Shown: positions 23,620 through 36,755 of the stretch, one piece after another
Layout: each line of letters opens with the position of its first letter
How positions within the stretch are numbered: the stretch's first letter is position 1
Origin: Macrostomum hystrix
Lineage: Eukaryota > Animalia > Platyhelminthes
DNA: 64,000 nt
Assembly (NCBI GenBank): GCA_950097015.1
Contig: CATNEN010000001.1
Span: 15,872,001-15,936,000 of the forward strand
Direction: 5' to 3'
The notes under the pieces: model-generated
What the model was told of the DNA's origin: nothing
Database searches by the model: none
The model's input: the letters and a program-made list of their open reading frames with translations, nothing else
Program-made: the position numbers and the translations under genes

Positions 23620-25961
23620 TGATGTGGAGTGTGCTGCGGGAATCGAGTGGGAATGTGAGCCAGCATAATTTTTCAAATTTTTAAGTAACTAATAATTGCG
23701 ACCCACGTAGCAGCTGGTCACAAAACAAGATCATTAATCTTAGGGCCGGGTTTGAGGCGGCGGTGAATCAAGTAGCTGCCGAGTCCTCTCTCTCCGGAGT
23801 TGTCTAGACTCCCCGTAGGAATGACTGATCGCGGCCATAATGTTACTGTATGAACTAGTTTAGGTCATAATTCCCCTCCAAACCGCGATCAGATATAGGG
23901 GCTCACTCACGCGTTATGAGTGATCGTAAAATTCTTCATGTCCTCGCTTCTTTACCGTATTCGAGCCCAGCTCGACTTTTATGGCCTCCTTCCTTTAGAT
24001 ACATGTAAATATCACTGTAGGCAGGTCGGCGCCTGCGCTTCCATTGTCCCGGCGGAGTAACAATCGCTGGCTGACTGCCGACGGCTGTTCGCGCAGAACA
24101 TCTGTCGTTTCCCGCCGCCGGTTCATTGGGCAATTGGGGCGGCAGCCGCCGTCTCAATTCCTCGATGACAGGCTGGCGCGAATGTGGGTTGCTTTGATGG
24201 ATGTCGGGGTTGGCGTGCTGCAAGGCCTATTTAAGCAAGCGCGCGGCGCTGCTCCCTCTAGGACCCGACCTGGAACCCGAACCTCCTCTTTTCTCCCCCG
24301 GCTCCTCCCCTTCTCCCCCGCCGGACTTACTTTTGTCGGGCCGGACTCCCACCGGACCCAGGACTTACCCCCCAGACCCATTTAGGGCATAGACTCTAGA
24401 GCTCATAGCTCCACAGCTAACGCAGGCCAATTGCCTGTTCCCATCCCCTAAGCGCAAGCCACCTCTTAGGTGAGCTCTAAATTGAGCCTTCGAGCTCCAA
24501 GCGTGTTGGCCCCTTGCCGGCTCGCAGCACTTTTTCCTCCCCGGCTTTTACTATCTTACCCCATCCGCTTCCCCGAGATCGACGGGATTGCAGCACGCGG
24601 CCGAAGCATCCAGATAAGTAATCCGCGCAGCGGTTTGCAATTATTGCTCCTAAGGGGCTTTTCTATTAGTTAGGCGGCATTTAGTGGGAGGGGAGCTAGG
24701 AACTTTTTCGCCTAATAAACCTATCTAATCTAAGCATTTTTAACTTATTGGGCTTAGCTTTATAACCACTTAACTCCTTTTGTTATGTCTCCTTTTCACC
24801 TTTATTTTAACCTTAGACAGCCCTCTACCATGAGTGGCTAATCTATTAGGGGAATGGGCTCTGGCACAGCCGAGCTGAAAGCTGCGGCGGGAAGGCAATT
24901 GTAAGCGCGCATGAGAGTAATATGGAGCTAGGGATTTGTAAGTAAATGCGGAGGGTAGCATGTGCATTTTCCTTTCCAGGGGGGTTGGGGGAATCCTTGG
25001 CCGGTTTTCCTTCTCCCTCTTGGGTGGGTTCAAGGTACGTGTCGAGCTCCCTTTCCAATGGAGTTTTCCCGCTGTCCCCCTTTCGCACCTGCGGCCACGG
25101 GAACGAGAGTGATGTTCAATTAATCTCACGCTTGCATAATCACTCAGCCAGCGTTCAGCTTAACCTCTCCTGCCTCTGATTTCCTCAACTCACCCAGACT
25201 CGGATTGCTAGTTATCTTAATGTGTAGGCTGCAGTCTAATGTACCGAATGTGTCTAATGTCTCATGAGTAGGATTCTGGCTAGGGATTTCTCATTCAGGT
25301 TCTGAGTACCACCTTTCTAGACCACTGTAGCGCAAATTCAGGAATCCCCTGGTGAGGCGTGTCTCGATCCATTCTGGGGTCTTCACCCTAGTCTAAAACG
25401 GAAGTTACAGAAGGCTCTATTTTTTCGGCTTGTCCAAGATCTGCGTGACAAACTAGGAGCCGCGAGCTCCGGGGACCCAAGTTCCCAAATGTCTGCGGTG
25501 GCCACGTAGGCGCATTGGGTGGTGGCGCTACCCTAGATCATTTTCCGCTTTGCCGATAGCCTTTCCGCATTTCTAAGACAAGAGCCTAGGCCGAGTCGAC
25601 CACTGCTACCGAGTTTAGGGGTCAGTTACGAACATGCTACTGATGACAGTAGGCTGCATAGCCCTGTCCTATCCGTCTGCGGGTAGTCCGACATCTATTT
25701 AGACTTTTAGCCGGTTTCGAGCACTGCTTGGGGTAGGCACGGCAGTCATGCCTGTGGCCTATGGGTTGAGTGGGACTGGCCAGCCTGAGGCCGAGAGGAC
25801 CACTCCCTGCATCCACTGTCTCTCCCTTCATCTCTCCCTTCATCCCTCTTTCCGCGGCAACTCGCGAACCCTTGCGGTATGACTTCCGACTCTATCGCCA
25901 TCCCCACACTCCTTTCCTTCACGAGGACAGATCATCGGATTGCAAACCCGCAGCTAATTCA
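23620..25961 (+). repeat. 3' LTR (2342 bp)
   Basis: Same termini and length as the 5' LTR; no differences noticed. Confidence 0.95.
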
Positions 25962-26590
25962 GTAAACACATTTAGACTACTGGTAAAAACATTTAGAATA
26001 CTGGTTAACACATTTAGAATACTGGTAAACACATTTAGAATACTGGTAAACACATTTAGAATACTGGTAAACACATTTAAAATACTGGTAAACACATTTA
26101 GAATACTGGTAAACACTTTTAGAATACTGGTAAACACATTTAGAATACTGGTAAACACATTTAGAATACTGGTAAACACATTTAGAATACTAGTAAACAC
26201 ATTTAGAAAACTGGTAAACACTTTTAGAATACTGGTAAACACATTTAAAATACTGGTAAACACATTTAGAATACTGGTAAACACATGTAGAAAACTGTAG
26301 GACAATTAAAAAAAAAGTTGGACATTTAAAAAACTAAAAAGGTAAACACTTTTAGAATACTGGTAAACACTTTTAGAATACTGGTAAACACATTTAGAAT
26401 ACTGGTAAACACTTTTAGAATACTGGTAAACACTTTTAGAATACTGGTAAACACATTTAGAATACTGGTAAACACTTTTAGAATACTGGTGAACACTTTT
26501 AGAATACTGGTAAACACATGTAGAAAACTGGTAAACACTTTTAGAATACTGGTAAACACGTTTAGAATACTGGTTTAGAATACTGGTAAT
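25962..26590. repeat. 21-bp satellite, right part
   Basis: Homogeneous (AAACACATTTAGAATACTGGT)n that rejoins the left part across the GTAA TSD. Confidence 0.93.
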
Positions 26591-27059
26591 TTTGTCAAAG
26601 ATTTGATGATTTATATGTTGTAGTAAGAAAGGAGTAGATGTCTCAATATATCGTTGAATTGAAGTCTGCTATGCACATTTTACCTATTCAAATCAAACAC
26701 ACACACACACACACACACGGGTGAGAAAAGCTGTGATGTAATCTATTTATAAATTCGTACTGACTGTCTCGTCAGTGGGGTTGACATAGCTATGTACATT
26801 TGACACAGTGAAATTCTTATCAGTGTACTCACTATTAACAAAACTGGCCCTGATGCAATCATTAAAATTGGCAGTGGAATGCACGTTGACAAAACTGGCT
26901 CTGATGAAATGCATTAAAAATCCTATCTAAAACAATGAAGTTAAGCTTATTAAAAATACGTGTAAAATTCTGCCCATATTTGGCATATTTTGGTGAAGAA
27001 ATGGTGAAAATCGGTTGAGCCGTTCGGGAGAAAATCAATTACAAGCAACCAAGCAACCA

Positions 27060-27108
27060 TTTCATTTTTAGTATATAAGACTAGCCATTGAGACCCGCTT
27101 CGCGGGTC
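27060..27108 (-). mobile_element. Helitron 3' end abutting a Helitron 5' end (head-to-tail junction)
   Basis: Minus strand GACCCGC-GAA-GCGGGTC hairpin, 7 nt, CTAG (27084-27081), immediately followed by TCTTATATACTAAAAATG. Confidence 0.75.
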
Positions 27109-28789
27109 GTTAATTAAGAAGACAATATTCCAATTCCAGATGAAATAGCAGATGAAGCAATAATTGCAGCTGTTAACAGCATGTTAGCAGATCCCTCGGA
27201 TCAATATCAAGCAGATCATCAAGGTCTATTTTCTGGATAGCCCGCCTTCATCAGTTCAGCTAAAATCCGGATGAATTCTGCGTTATAAACGAAATTCTAG
27301 GTTATAAGAAAATATATAGTGTATAGCATTTGTTGCTGGTGCTGACGTCTGATATTCCCCAATTGTATGTAAGCTTAGATTTACATTTTTTATGCAGATG
27401 GCTACTTTATTTTATTGTATGTGTTGATATACACTTTCGTGATTTTTTATGTTGGTTGTTTTCTAGGAACACTAATTTTTCATTCACGGTCATCTATTGA
27501 GTATTGGGCTGTATTATGGCCGATGGCAATTGACTTGGAAATTGTTTTTGACTTGGTCTAGCATTGGCAGAAGACTTGATATTTATTAATTTGCTGTCAA
27601 AAGTTGCTGGCAGTCAAATGTTGCTTGCAGTCAAATTGATGGCAGTCAAATTGTTAGCAGTCAAATTTACTGCAGTCAAATTGTGGAAGTCAAATTGTGG
27701 CAATCAAATGTTATAGACTCATCCCTAACTCCAATACTTGAACAGCAAAATCTAAAGTGCAATAGCCAAACAATGATTAGCAAGAATTGCTTATAAGGCC
27801 TCTTTATGGCTGACTGGCTAGTACAATTGCCAAGTCATAGCAATATTGTTCTTTCATTGGTAAAGCCTTTGCAAAATCATCAATAGTACCCAATTTGTTG
27901 CAATTTTGTTTGTTCTAGTTGTATTGTTGTAAGCATCCCGGTGTAAAAAACATCGTCCGGCGGACGATGATTTTTTGGGTCCGCCGGACTCTGCTTTTCG
28001 GTCTATTGTACGCATAAATATAGTCGAAAAGACGTCCGCTTTCGGCCGACGGACGACTAATTTCGGACCAGTGTAAAATGTTGTGAATACTACTATTAGT
28101 AGTGTAGCTCTGAATAAAAATTGTATTCATTATTGTCTCGTATTATTTTAAATAACTAATTAATCACAAAAAAAGATTTTGATTTTCTTATTAAAAAGAA
28201 ATGTTATCGCACGTTTTTATTTTAAGTTGCAAATAAATTACTCATAGCATAAATTCATAAAAAATTATATTTGCAAGTTATAAAAGAAGAACAATTTGGA
28301 ATAGAAATAAGCAAGACAGAACTTGCTACAAAATTAGGATTATAGAAAAACTACAGGCAAAAATAAAGAAGGCAAAGTATAAAATACAGATAAAGTATTA
28401 ATAATAATTAAATACAACGCAAACAGACAGCATAGACACTGGGTCAAAATATTAAAAATTTAAATACATAGCAAGGAATATCATTGTGTACTATACTTAA
28501 CGTAAATAACTTTGCGCGTTTCTAAAGCATGTAGGAAAATAATCGAAAGGAAGACGAATAAGTTTTATACGTCACGAACACTACAATTTTTATCTGTATA
28601 AATCAAGACACAAATACAATTTGGAGTATAAATTGTGCCACTTATGTCCCATTTTAGCTACTCACTAGCAAGTCGTTAGTAGTAGCATACTAATTATAGT
28701 TTCGAAAATAAACAAATGGTGGGACTTATGACAATTATGACAGATTTATAAATTTATAATTTTATTATTAATATTAATAATAAATCAAT

Positions 28790-31700
28790 TTATAAATCTT
28801 CTGAGCTGCTGCTCGCAACTCGAGGGCGCTTTCGAGCCGCCGTAGCTCCAGATGCCGCAGCTCCGACCGCCGCATCTCCAGATGCTGCAGCTCCGGCCTC
28901 CGCAGCTAAGGCCGCTGAAGCTCCGGCCTTCGCAGATCCGACCGCCGCACCTCCAGATGCCGCCGCCGCGTTGCGCTGCCCGGCACTGATTCGCCGCTCC
29001 TTTGCCGCCTGCCTCTCGGAGGCGTGTTTTAGGAGGTTTTTTAATTCCCTCTCCACGTCGGACTCCGATGGTCGACTTTGCTGGTGGTAAAGCACGGCGA
29101 CAGCGTCTGAAAGTGTTCAGAGTCTCAATGACGAAATGCTCCTGATATGATTGCCTAATTTGCCCATAACAATTTCATGTTGCCTTACAATAATAATACT
29201 AATAATAGTGACACTAGACCCAAGGGCCAGTGCAGGTGTTGGTGTATCAAGCACACTAGCAGGTGGGGACTGCATTCCCCGGCTTTCTCGGACACCTGTT
29301 GACAGCCGCGTGTCAGCAGTGGAATTTATTTTTTCCAAACAAATCGGCAGCATTCGAACCCCACTGAATTGCCACACAAAACTGCTTTATTACACGCCAG
29401 TCGGAATTATTATTAACCGACGAAATGTCGGCGCTCATTTGCAGCTGAGTAGACTGTGTGCACATCAGGGCAAAGCAGCTTGCCAACGGCTGCACGAATA
29501 GTTCTAGACTAGGTCGGGAATTTGCATGAATATGATGAATATCTTACCTAAGAAAATACTGCTGAAATTGCGGAATCCCAGCTGGTCGTCCGACAACTCC
29601 ACGCCTGGTTCGGCCTCGCGCAGTCTCGCCGACATGTGTCGTCCTGACCAATTGACAACACACTGCATGTTGCTAGCAAGGCACTTGTTCAGCATGCGCT
29701 TGCATGTGTCGTGGACTGTGCTTCCCCGACAGCTACGGAGGCATTCGGCCTGTTTGAGGTTGATTTAGTATATTTTTAGTTTTTAGTGTACTGTTAGTAC
29801 ACAAAATTTATGTGTACAGTGGTCTAATTTTTTTTAAATGGCTTAACTTGTAAAAAGTTGTGAATACTACTATTAGTATTGTAGCAGTGAATTAAAAATC
29901 GTTCAAGACAAAAATATAATACTCACCAAACGCCCTTGTTGCACTCTGGAATTCCGGAAATTCACGTAGTCACTCCAACTCGAAATCGGAGTGAAATCCG
30001 GTTGCCCAGCGTTGTTAGACCGCTGACCGAGCTGCTGCAAACCGAGCTGCTGCACACCGAGCAGCCGCTGCTGCAACTGCTGCATAAATTCAGTCAGTCT
30101 CGCCGACATAGCATCAACTGACGAATTCATGTCTCTCCGGAGAGCTTCGACAGCGGCATGTGTCTCATAGCATCTCCTAGCAGTCAGGGTCGCCAAATAA
30201 ATGGCCGTCTTCTGGGATGCAGGGTCCAGGCCGCTTGTTCGCAGCCGATTCTCAATTCCGGCCATAGAGGAGCCTGGTTGGCCCAGGAATCTGCCATAGT
30301 CTTTTCACAATGTTAAGTGAAGGGACGGGTTGATAAGTACGAGATAAGTTTGTAACTAAGCAAGTCTCTTTGCGAATTACAAATCAATAAGATTGTGAAT
30401 GGATCAGTGAGTCTGAATGATTGAATAGTGAGTCTACAAATGAGTTAATGCAGAAATATTATTTTAGAACCTTACCATCAGCCACTTCCTGATGGAATGA
30501 GATGCTCGGTGAACGCTGAATGTCTGATGGCCCCGAGCATTTTGGCACAGTAGTGGCGTCATCATCTGTGAATGTAAGCAGAGTGGTGGGGAAATAAATT
30601 AGACTCTGAATCACAGTTTGTAAATCTGCTAGTAATTGATTGAGTAAGTCTGAATGAATGAACCTGTGAGTGAGTCTGTCAATGAATTGAACAGTGAGTT
30701 TGTGAATGAATTGAACAGTAAGTCTATAAATTAATGAACCAGTGAGTCTGCGAAATTCTATGAATCCGTGAGTTTTTGAATACGTGTTTGTATGGAACCA
30801 ATTTAGTCAAAGTATTATAGACTCTTACCATTAACAATAACAATCGGAGATTCCATTGCGCCGGTTGAATGCAGGTGGTTCTCCTGGTCCTCCAGCAGTC
30901 TTTGAGGTGAGGATGTGGACGTGGATGGGATCAGTGTCGCGGTGCTGCTAAATCTTAGCAGCTGCGGTCGATCAGGCAGAGGAGCTGCTTTGGAGCCCAC
31001 ATTCCTCCGATTTATGGCCTCGGAAGCTTCCCTCTCGCTCTCCGAGGTAGTAATGTTCTGTTTTAATTTTAGAAGGAAATGTGGTGATATGCAGTGTAAT
31101 GAATTGTGTTAGAAGTCAAAACGAACTCCAATTTTAAGTGTCTCGGCTCTCGCTGGGGGCAGACAGAAAAGGAGGAACAGAAGATCAGTGTGTGGAGCCC
31201 AACCAGTCAGGCTCAACATTATATTCGAGGGCTCTGGGCCCAAGACAAAGCAGGCTACAACAAGCGCAGGGGAAGGCATGTGAACGCACAACGGAAAACT
31301 CGGTGCGCAGTGCCCATTAGAAAGCGTACAGCGCCCATGAGTCAGTCAGTGGCCCTACAAACTGAGTACAATTGCAAGCAGACAGTACAGTGTTAGTTTT
31401 GTGCGGTCAAAGTTCCGGGGTAGCTATTCTGCTTATTGACAAACTCAATTTGTGTGGATTAAGTCTGTTAGTGAATGAACCAGTGAGTCAGTAAAAGAAT
31501 AACTGAGAGTGTGTGTAAATGAATTAATCAGTGAGTCTGTGAGCAAATGAATGAGTGCGTCTTTGATCTGTGAATGGTTTAAGCAGTGAGTCTACTTGGA
31601 TAACTAATAAAAATGTCTGCTGTTTATTAATAGACAATCTGTTATAGTACAATTTGTAGTGTCCTACCTGAATGGCTCCTAATCGGTTTCGGTGGCGCCC

Positions 31701-32012
31701 GGCATTCACCCGACAAACGGCCTTCAGCAGCGAGTCCACACTTTTCTTCTTGATGGTGCGCATTCTCCGCAGGTGAAGGACGGTTGGCGTGCTGTCCACT
31801 TCTGGGTCAGTGACCACCTGGAGGAGAACGGCGTCATACCATTCGCCACTGTACTCTGCCCTCACCCCAATTCTCGTTGCTGAGTACAGTTCCGAAGGCT
31901 CCATGCTGGCCCAGTCAAAATCCTGGTATTCACCAAGCATAATCTCTGTCTCATCTACTTCTAAAATTTCACCATCATTAGAGAAAAATACTATATAGCG
32001 ATTGGACTGCAT
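28790..32012 (-). CDS. DUF4806-like accessory protein of the giant element (6 exons, ~518 aa)
   Basis: Exons 32012-31668, 31057-30829, 30565-30476, 30300-29927, 29749-29548 and 29106-28790 are phase-compatible. MQCVVNWSGR...LLKHASER signature; homologous to 6218-8417. Confidence 0.78.
29185..29524 (-). mobile_element. 5'-truncated tRNA-derived SINE (family A) in an intron
   Basis: Colinear with 49597-49930, with an (ATT)n-type tail. Confidence 0.78.
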
Positions 32013-32077
32013 TTTAAGCTTTTATAATAGCTTCAATATAAGAATTTGAGAGACTAAGTAGCTAGAAGTTTTCTAGA

Positions 32078-33960
32078 GACTATAAAATTGCTCAACAAAG
32101 ATTGATAAACTATTCATATACGAGCTACGTACGTGCAGATATGCTCCGTTGGGACCCAGCCTTCTCAAAGCTTTACTGGACAAGAGCCAATGCAAGAGCG
32201 CGTAATCCGACAGAGCCAATCCGGTTAGAGCGAGCCGAGCCAATAGCGAACAGCTCGAGCGAATGACTCGACAAAGGCAAGCTAGCTTTGTAGTAATTGA
32301 ATTTATTGTAATTTACTTACCTTAAGTATCTGTAATTTCCCGGGTATATTTACTGTAGTTTGCGTTTTAATATCGTTGATCACCATCTACTAGCGTTGAT
32401 GGTGATTCTATTTTTCCGTTGCGATGCAATTATTACAATATGCATGATAGTCTAGCTTATCTAGCAATCGTTGCAATGATATCATTACAATCTGCCGGTC
32501 AGAACTCAGAACTCATGATTACTAGACTTGCTAGACACGCCTACTATGCATATGCTGAGCCTACAGCAGCTAACAACAGAATTAATTTCTTTCATGTGTT
32601 TTTTTAACTAAATGGCTAAATAATTAGGAATGCGTTATCAACAATGTATGCTGTCTTGTAACCGTCTCTCATATACACGGTTTGTACGACTATGATTAAG
32701 AACTATGATTCCGATTCAGACTGTCCTGATTCAGACTGTAATTGTCCTGATGTCCTTTGATTTCTCAATAAGGTTTCACATACATACTAATACTATGTAT
32801 TGTATATATACAAAACTATTCCTTATTGTCAAGTCAACAACTATACGGAAATCCAACCAACCAGTGCCAGTGGCACACAAAAAATTGAAGACGGCGATGA
32901 AAAATTATGGCTTGTGTATTTTTTGTGTAAATGTGTATTTTTTAAACATTTATTTATTTAAAAATGTGCGCGTGCGTATTTGTGCATAAATATTGAACAC
33001 AACATTAATACAGTTATTTATAAATTATTATTGTCAATTATCGCCACTTAAATTGGTCAGCCGGTCCCGGTCAGCCGGCCGATCTGCTGCCCAGCAGCGA
33101 TTCACAGGACGCCCGGCTGCGATATAAAAGATGGGTTTCAGTTTCATTTAGCTTATTAGCTCGGTTATCAGATCAGATGCGTTAATAAATATTCTAATAA
33201 TAATAATATTCAAAAGCGACTACTCACATATGGGTCAAGGCCCGCCGCTATGCGGCGAGCTCTGGCCATCCGAATCATGGCCAGCTTCATAAGACGCGTC
33301 GCTTCATTCAGCGCGTCCTGTGCCCGGCGCCGTGCGGGCGTCCAGGCCACTGTCGCCGCCATCTCTTCCGCAGCGACGAGGCATGACTGGATGGCCTCAT
33401 CCAGTTTGGTGGTGGCATTGGCCAGAATGTTCGCCCGGAACTGTGCCGGGAACAAATGAAAGTTGAACTCATTGACATCAGCATCCAGGCCATGGACATG
33501 GCATTGGCTGCTGTTGATGTTGTTGCTGTCGCTGCTGTTGCTATTCATTTTTTTGTTGAAGGAAGTTAGTTGAGGGAATTTTAGTGATCTGGTGGGAGAA
33601 GTTGCAACTATAAAATTGCTCAACAACGATTGATCATCTATTTATATATGAGCCATACGTGCAGATATGCCACAGGTGGGTCCCCGCCTTCTCAAAGCTT
33701 TATTGGACACAAGCCAATGAAAACTTGCCCGCGCCGCGCGGAATCCGACAGAGCCAATCCGAGCCAAGAGCGAGCCGAGCCGGCTCGAGCCGAGCGAGCC
33801 GAGCCGAGCCGAGCCGAGCTGAGAGCCAACTCGACTCGAGTCTCGACAAAGGCAAGTAAACTAGCAATTTTAGTAAACTAATGAATTGTAATTTACAGAC
33901 CTCTAGGCTCTAGTAATATTATTTTCCCGGGTTAATTTACAGCAATTTTCTTTTCAATAT
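32078..33960. promoter_or_regulatory. Duplicated promoter module (32078-~32370 and 33607-~33960)
   Basis: Both copies share ACTATAAAATTGCTCAACAA, ACGTGCAGATATG, CCTTCTCAAAGCTTTA, multiple GCCAAT boxes, CGAGC repeats and CTCGACAAAGGCAAG. Each lies about 60 nt upstream of a minus-strand ATG. Confidence 0.75.
33210..33548 (-). CDS. Orphan small helical protein (112 aa)
   Basis: ATG at 33548 just downstream of the duplicated promoter. GC-rich, Ala/Arg-rich ORF in AT-rich surroundings. Confidence 0.5.
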   Translation of the reverse strand: MNSNSSDSNNINSSQCHVHGLDADVNEFNFHLFPAQFRANILANATTKLDEAIQSCLVAAEEMAATVAWTPARRRAQDALNEATRLMKLAMIRMARARRIAAGLDPYVSSRF

Positions 33961-34002
33961 ATCCCATCTATTAGCCTTTGATAGCCATCACTTACTCACA
34001 AA

Positions 34003-36755
34003 ATGTCTAAAAGACGGACTAAAGGCGACACGAACCCACGACGAAAGTTTCAAAATTGGCTCACAAAGAACCTACTTGACTTTGCGGACAGTGATGTAGA
34101 AATGGACCAAGTGAGTTTTCAATTTTTATTGAGTTTCTATTTAAGTTTCATGCAAGTTTGTGAAGAAATTTGACGAGGGTGGGGCAGACAGGCAGGATTG
34201 ACGGGGTGCTAGGTTTGATTGATTGCCTCGAATTTTATGCACAGTTTCATCGTCGTCTGTTTTTCCTCTTTATTTTCAATCAGGAGGTTGCATCTTCCCA
34301 TGCAGATGGCGCAAGCCTCATTCCACCTGAGGATTCGCGGCCTGATTCTACCAGTGCCGGTGTCAATGCCTGTGACCCCATGCATTTATCAGCTAATAAC
34401 GAGGCTTTCGACGAAAGTGAGGCTGATGAGTTCGACTACGCCGATCACTTGTCAACAGATGCGGAAGATGGGGACCCAGGCCAAACAGCAAAGCCATCAT
34501 TGGAGAGCCTGAATGAGGAGCTTCTAATATTCTTCGTTCGTTACAACATCTCACATCGAGCGATGCAGTTCCTGCTCAATGCTCTAGTCTGCCGAGGCCT
34601 GCCGGTCGCAAGAACAGTGCACCGTCTGCGCAAAGAACCTTCGGCTGAAGCAGTACAAATACAAAAGTACACCATGGGTAGTGGACACTTTTCCTACATC
34701 GGTATTGCTTCGAACCTGGCGTTCCTGATTCGCGGCGGCATGTTGGATCTTGGAAATCCGGAAGCCACCCAGAATGACAGAGCAAGGTTGGAACTGGACA
34801 TTGATGTTGGCATTGACGGAATGCCGATTTACAATTCGTCAAACTACGCGGCATGGCCTATTATCGTTAAGTTTTCGAGATTCTGTCGCCCACTTCCTGT
34901 TGCTGTGTATGCTGGGTTGGGTAAACCACCTCTTACCGAGTACCTGGCCGACTTCATCAAGGAGCTGCAGTCCTTCATGACCGACTTTGTCGAAGTTGAT
35001 GGGGTGCTAATCCACATCAGGAACATCACGTTCATTTGCGACACGCCAGCGCGGTCCTTCATTACCGCAACTTTGGGCCACAACGCACATCACGGCTGCC
35101 CCTACTGCAGAGTGGTAGCCCAGACGGTCGACCGGCGAATAGTCTACCCTGTCGAAGTCGGAGAGTGTCGCACAGCTGAGGATTACCGTTTTAATAGGTG
35201 CGTGTGTGTGCATGGGGTTGTGTGTATGTGTGTGTGCTTTTGCGAATTTTGTATACCAGCTTATACATCTGTATATGCCTACATGGCAGGATATCTGACA
35301 TGTTTTTACATGTCTACGAACCTGACCTGACGTTGTCTTAATACGTGAATCAGTTAATCATATAAATATGCAAATGGCTGTATCGGGATATGGCAACTAA
35401 AGAAATGTGATTCCGATTCAGACTGTCTATATAATGGCTGTCCTTTTAAATCTCAAAAATTATTCACATACTTGCTATATACAATATAAAATATACAATA
35501 TTCAATATACAATAATATACAATAGCTCGATTCCCGACTCCACTGAAAAAATTTGTGTCCTTTAGCAAGACACTTAACTCTGCAGTGCTTCGGTTCACCC
35601 AGCTGTTAAATAGGTACCAGCATTAGCTGGGGTAATTGAAGGTGGGTGTATGGCGTCCTCCCAGTCCATGGACTGAACAGCCGTACGCAGCCTTCAGATG
35701 CGCCGCGCATTAGCTGCGGCTGTGCTGTCGATTGGGGCAGGTGTAATCAATTATTATTATTACTAGTCTTTATCGCCAACAACTACTGCAGGGAATCCAA
35801 CCAGCGGCATGAACCAAGTCCGCTCCTGTCACTGCCAGGCTTGCAACTACCTGATGCTTGCCCACCGGAGCCAATGCACCTGCTCTTTCTAGGCGTCGCT
35901 AGGCGTCTTTTCACCTTCCTCTTTGCGGTGGATGACGGACGGCGGCGCAAAATTAGGCCGGATCAAGTTTCCGCACTTTCTGATTTTGCCGAATCACGTG
36001 CTATATATACACCGACAAATTTCCAAAGACGCCCTCGGAGAATCGACCGAGAACTCGGACATTTCAAAGCCAGCGAGTTCCGCACGTGGACTTTGTATGT
36101 GGGCCCGTATTTTTTTCGCAAATTTCTGCCAACAGAGTTGTACAGGCATTTTCTTCTATTTCACTTTGCCTGTTATGTTCTTTGCTCTGATAGCCCACAG
36201 CCTGAACTTCTTGATGCCGCTGAATCTGCCATGAAACTTTTTGTGTATGACGCAGCTCAACTGTACGGCAACAGTTTCATGACTCACAATGCTCACGTTC
36301 TTTTGCACTTGTTTCAATACGCGAGGCAACGTGGAAATGTGTCCAACTTTTCGGCCTTTCCATATGAGAACTACCTCTCTCACTTAAAGGGTCGCCTTCG
36401 AGTAACGCGCTTTGTATCATCTTACTTGCTAAATCAAATGCTTTCACTTCGCGACTTACTAGTCAGCAACCCAATTCAGCCCATTAAGTACTCTGTTAAG
36501 ATGCCCGACAACTGTTGCATCGTGAATGGCTCAGTTGTTCGGATTACTTCTGTTCTTGGTGACCAAGTAACTGGCAATATTCTGTCGCTGCAAAAGGACT
36601 TGTATGACTATCCATATCCGTCCTCAAAACTGGGTATCGGAGTCTATTGTAAAACACGATCTTTTGTTACTGGCACTCCCCACAGGAAGTGCTTTCTGTT
36701 CCCGCGCAAGACCGGAAAGGCATGGCTGGTGATTCCTCTCTCTGGTGTTGATTAG
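34003..36755 (+). CDS. CMC/EnSpm DDE transposase 2 (3 exons, 661 aa)
   Basis: Exons 34003-34110, 34284-35197 and 35792-36755. Motifs GIDGMPIYNSS..AWPII, FICDTPARSF..GHNAHHGCPYC, EPMHLLFLG, FKASEFR, HNAHVLLH and SAFPYENYL. Homologous over its length to 8780-10744. Confidence 0.92.
35545..35762 (+). mobile_element. SINE body (family B) in transposase intron 2
   Basis: TGTGTCCTTTAGCAAGACACTTAA...GTTCACCCAGCTGTTAAAT.GGTACC core with an (ATT)n tail. Further copies at about 43436-43636, 48791-48985, 49265-49588 and 50005-50190. Confidence 0.78.

Larger units (their letters stand above)
15024..25961 (+). mobile_element. Non-autonomous Gypsy-like LTR retrotransposon (gag-pro only), 10,938 bp
   Basis: TG...CA LTRs at 15024-17365 and 23620-25961, with a 4-bp TSD GTAA (15020-15023 / 25962-25965). 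PBS, PPT, gag and protease are present; no RT, RNase H or integrase motifs were seen. Confidence 0.93.

Noticed and set aside
14067-26559. (FTSILNV)n / (NTFRILV)n ORFs
   Set aside because: Translations of the 21-bp satellite on either side of the LTR element.
34170-34283. ORF-track N-termini of the transposase 2 pieces (also 35646-35791)
   Set aside because: Intronic or SINE sequence read through in frame; the spliced model fits the homology to transposase 1 better.
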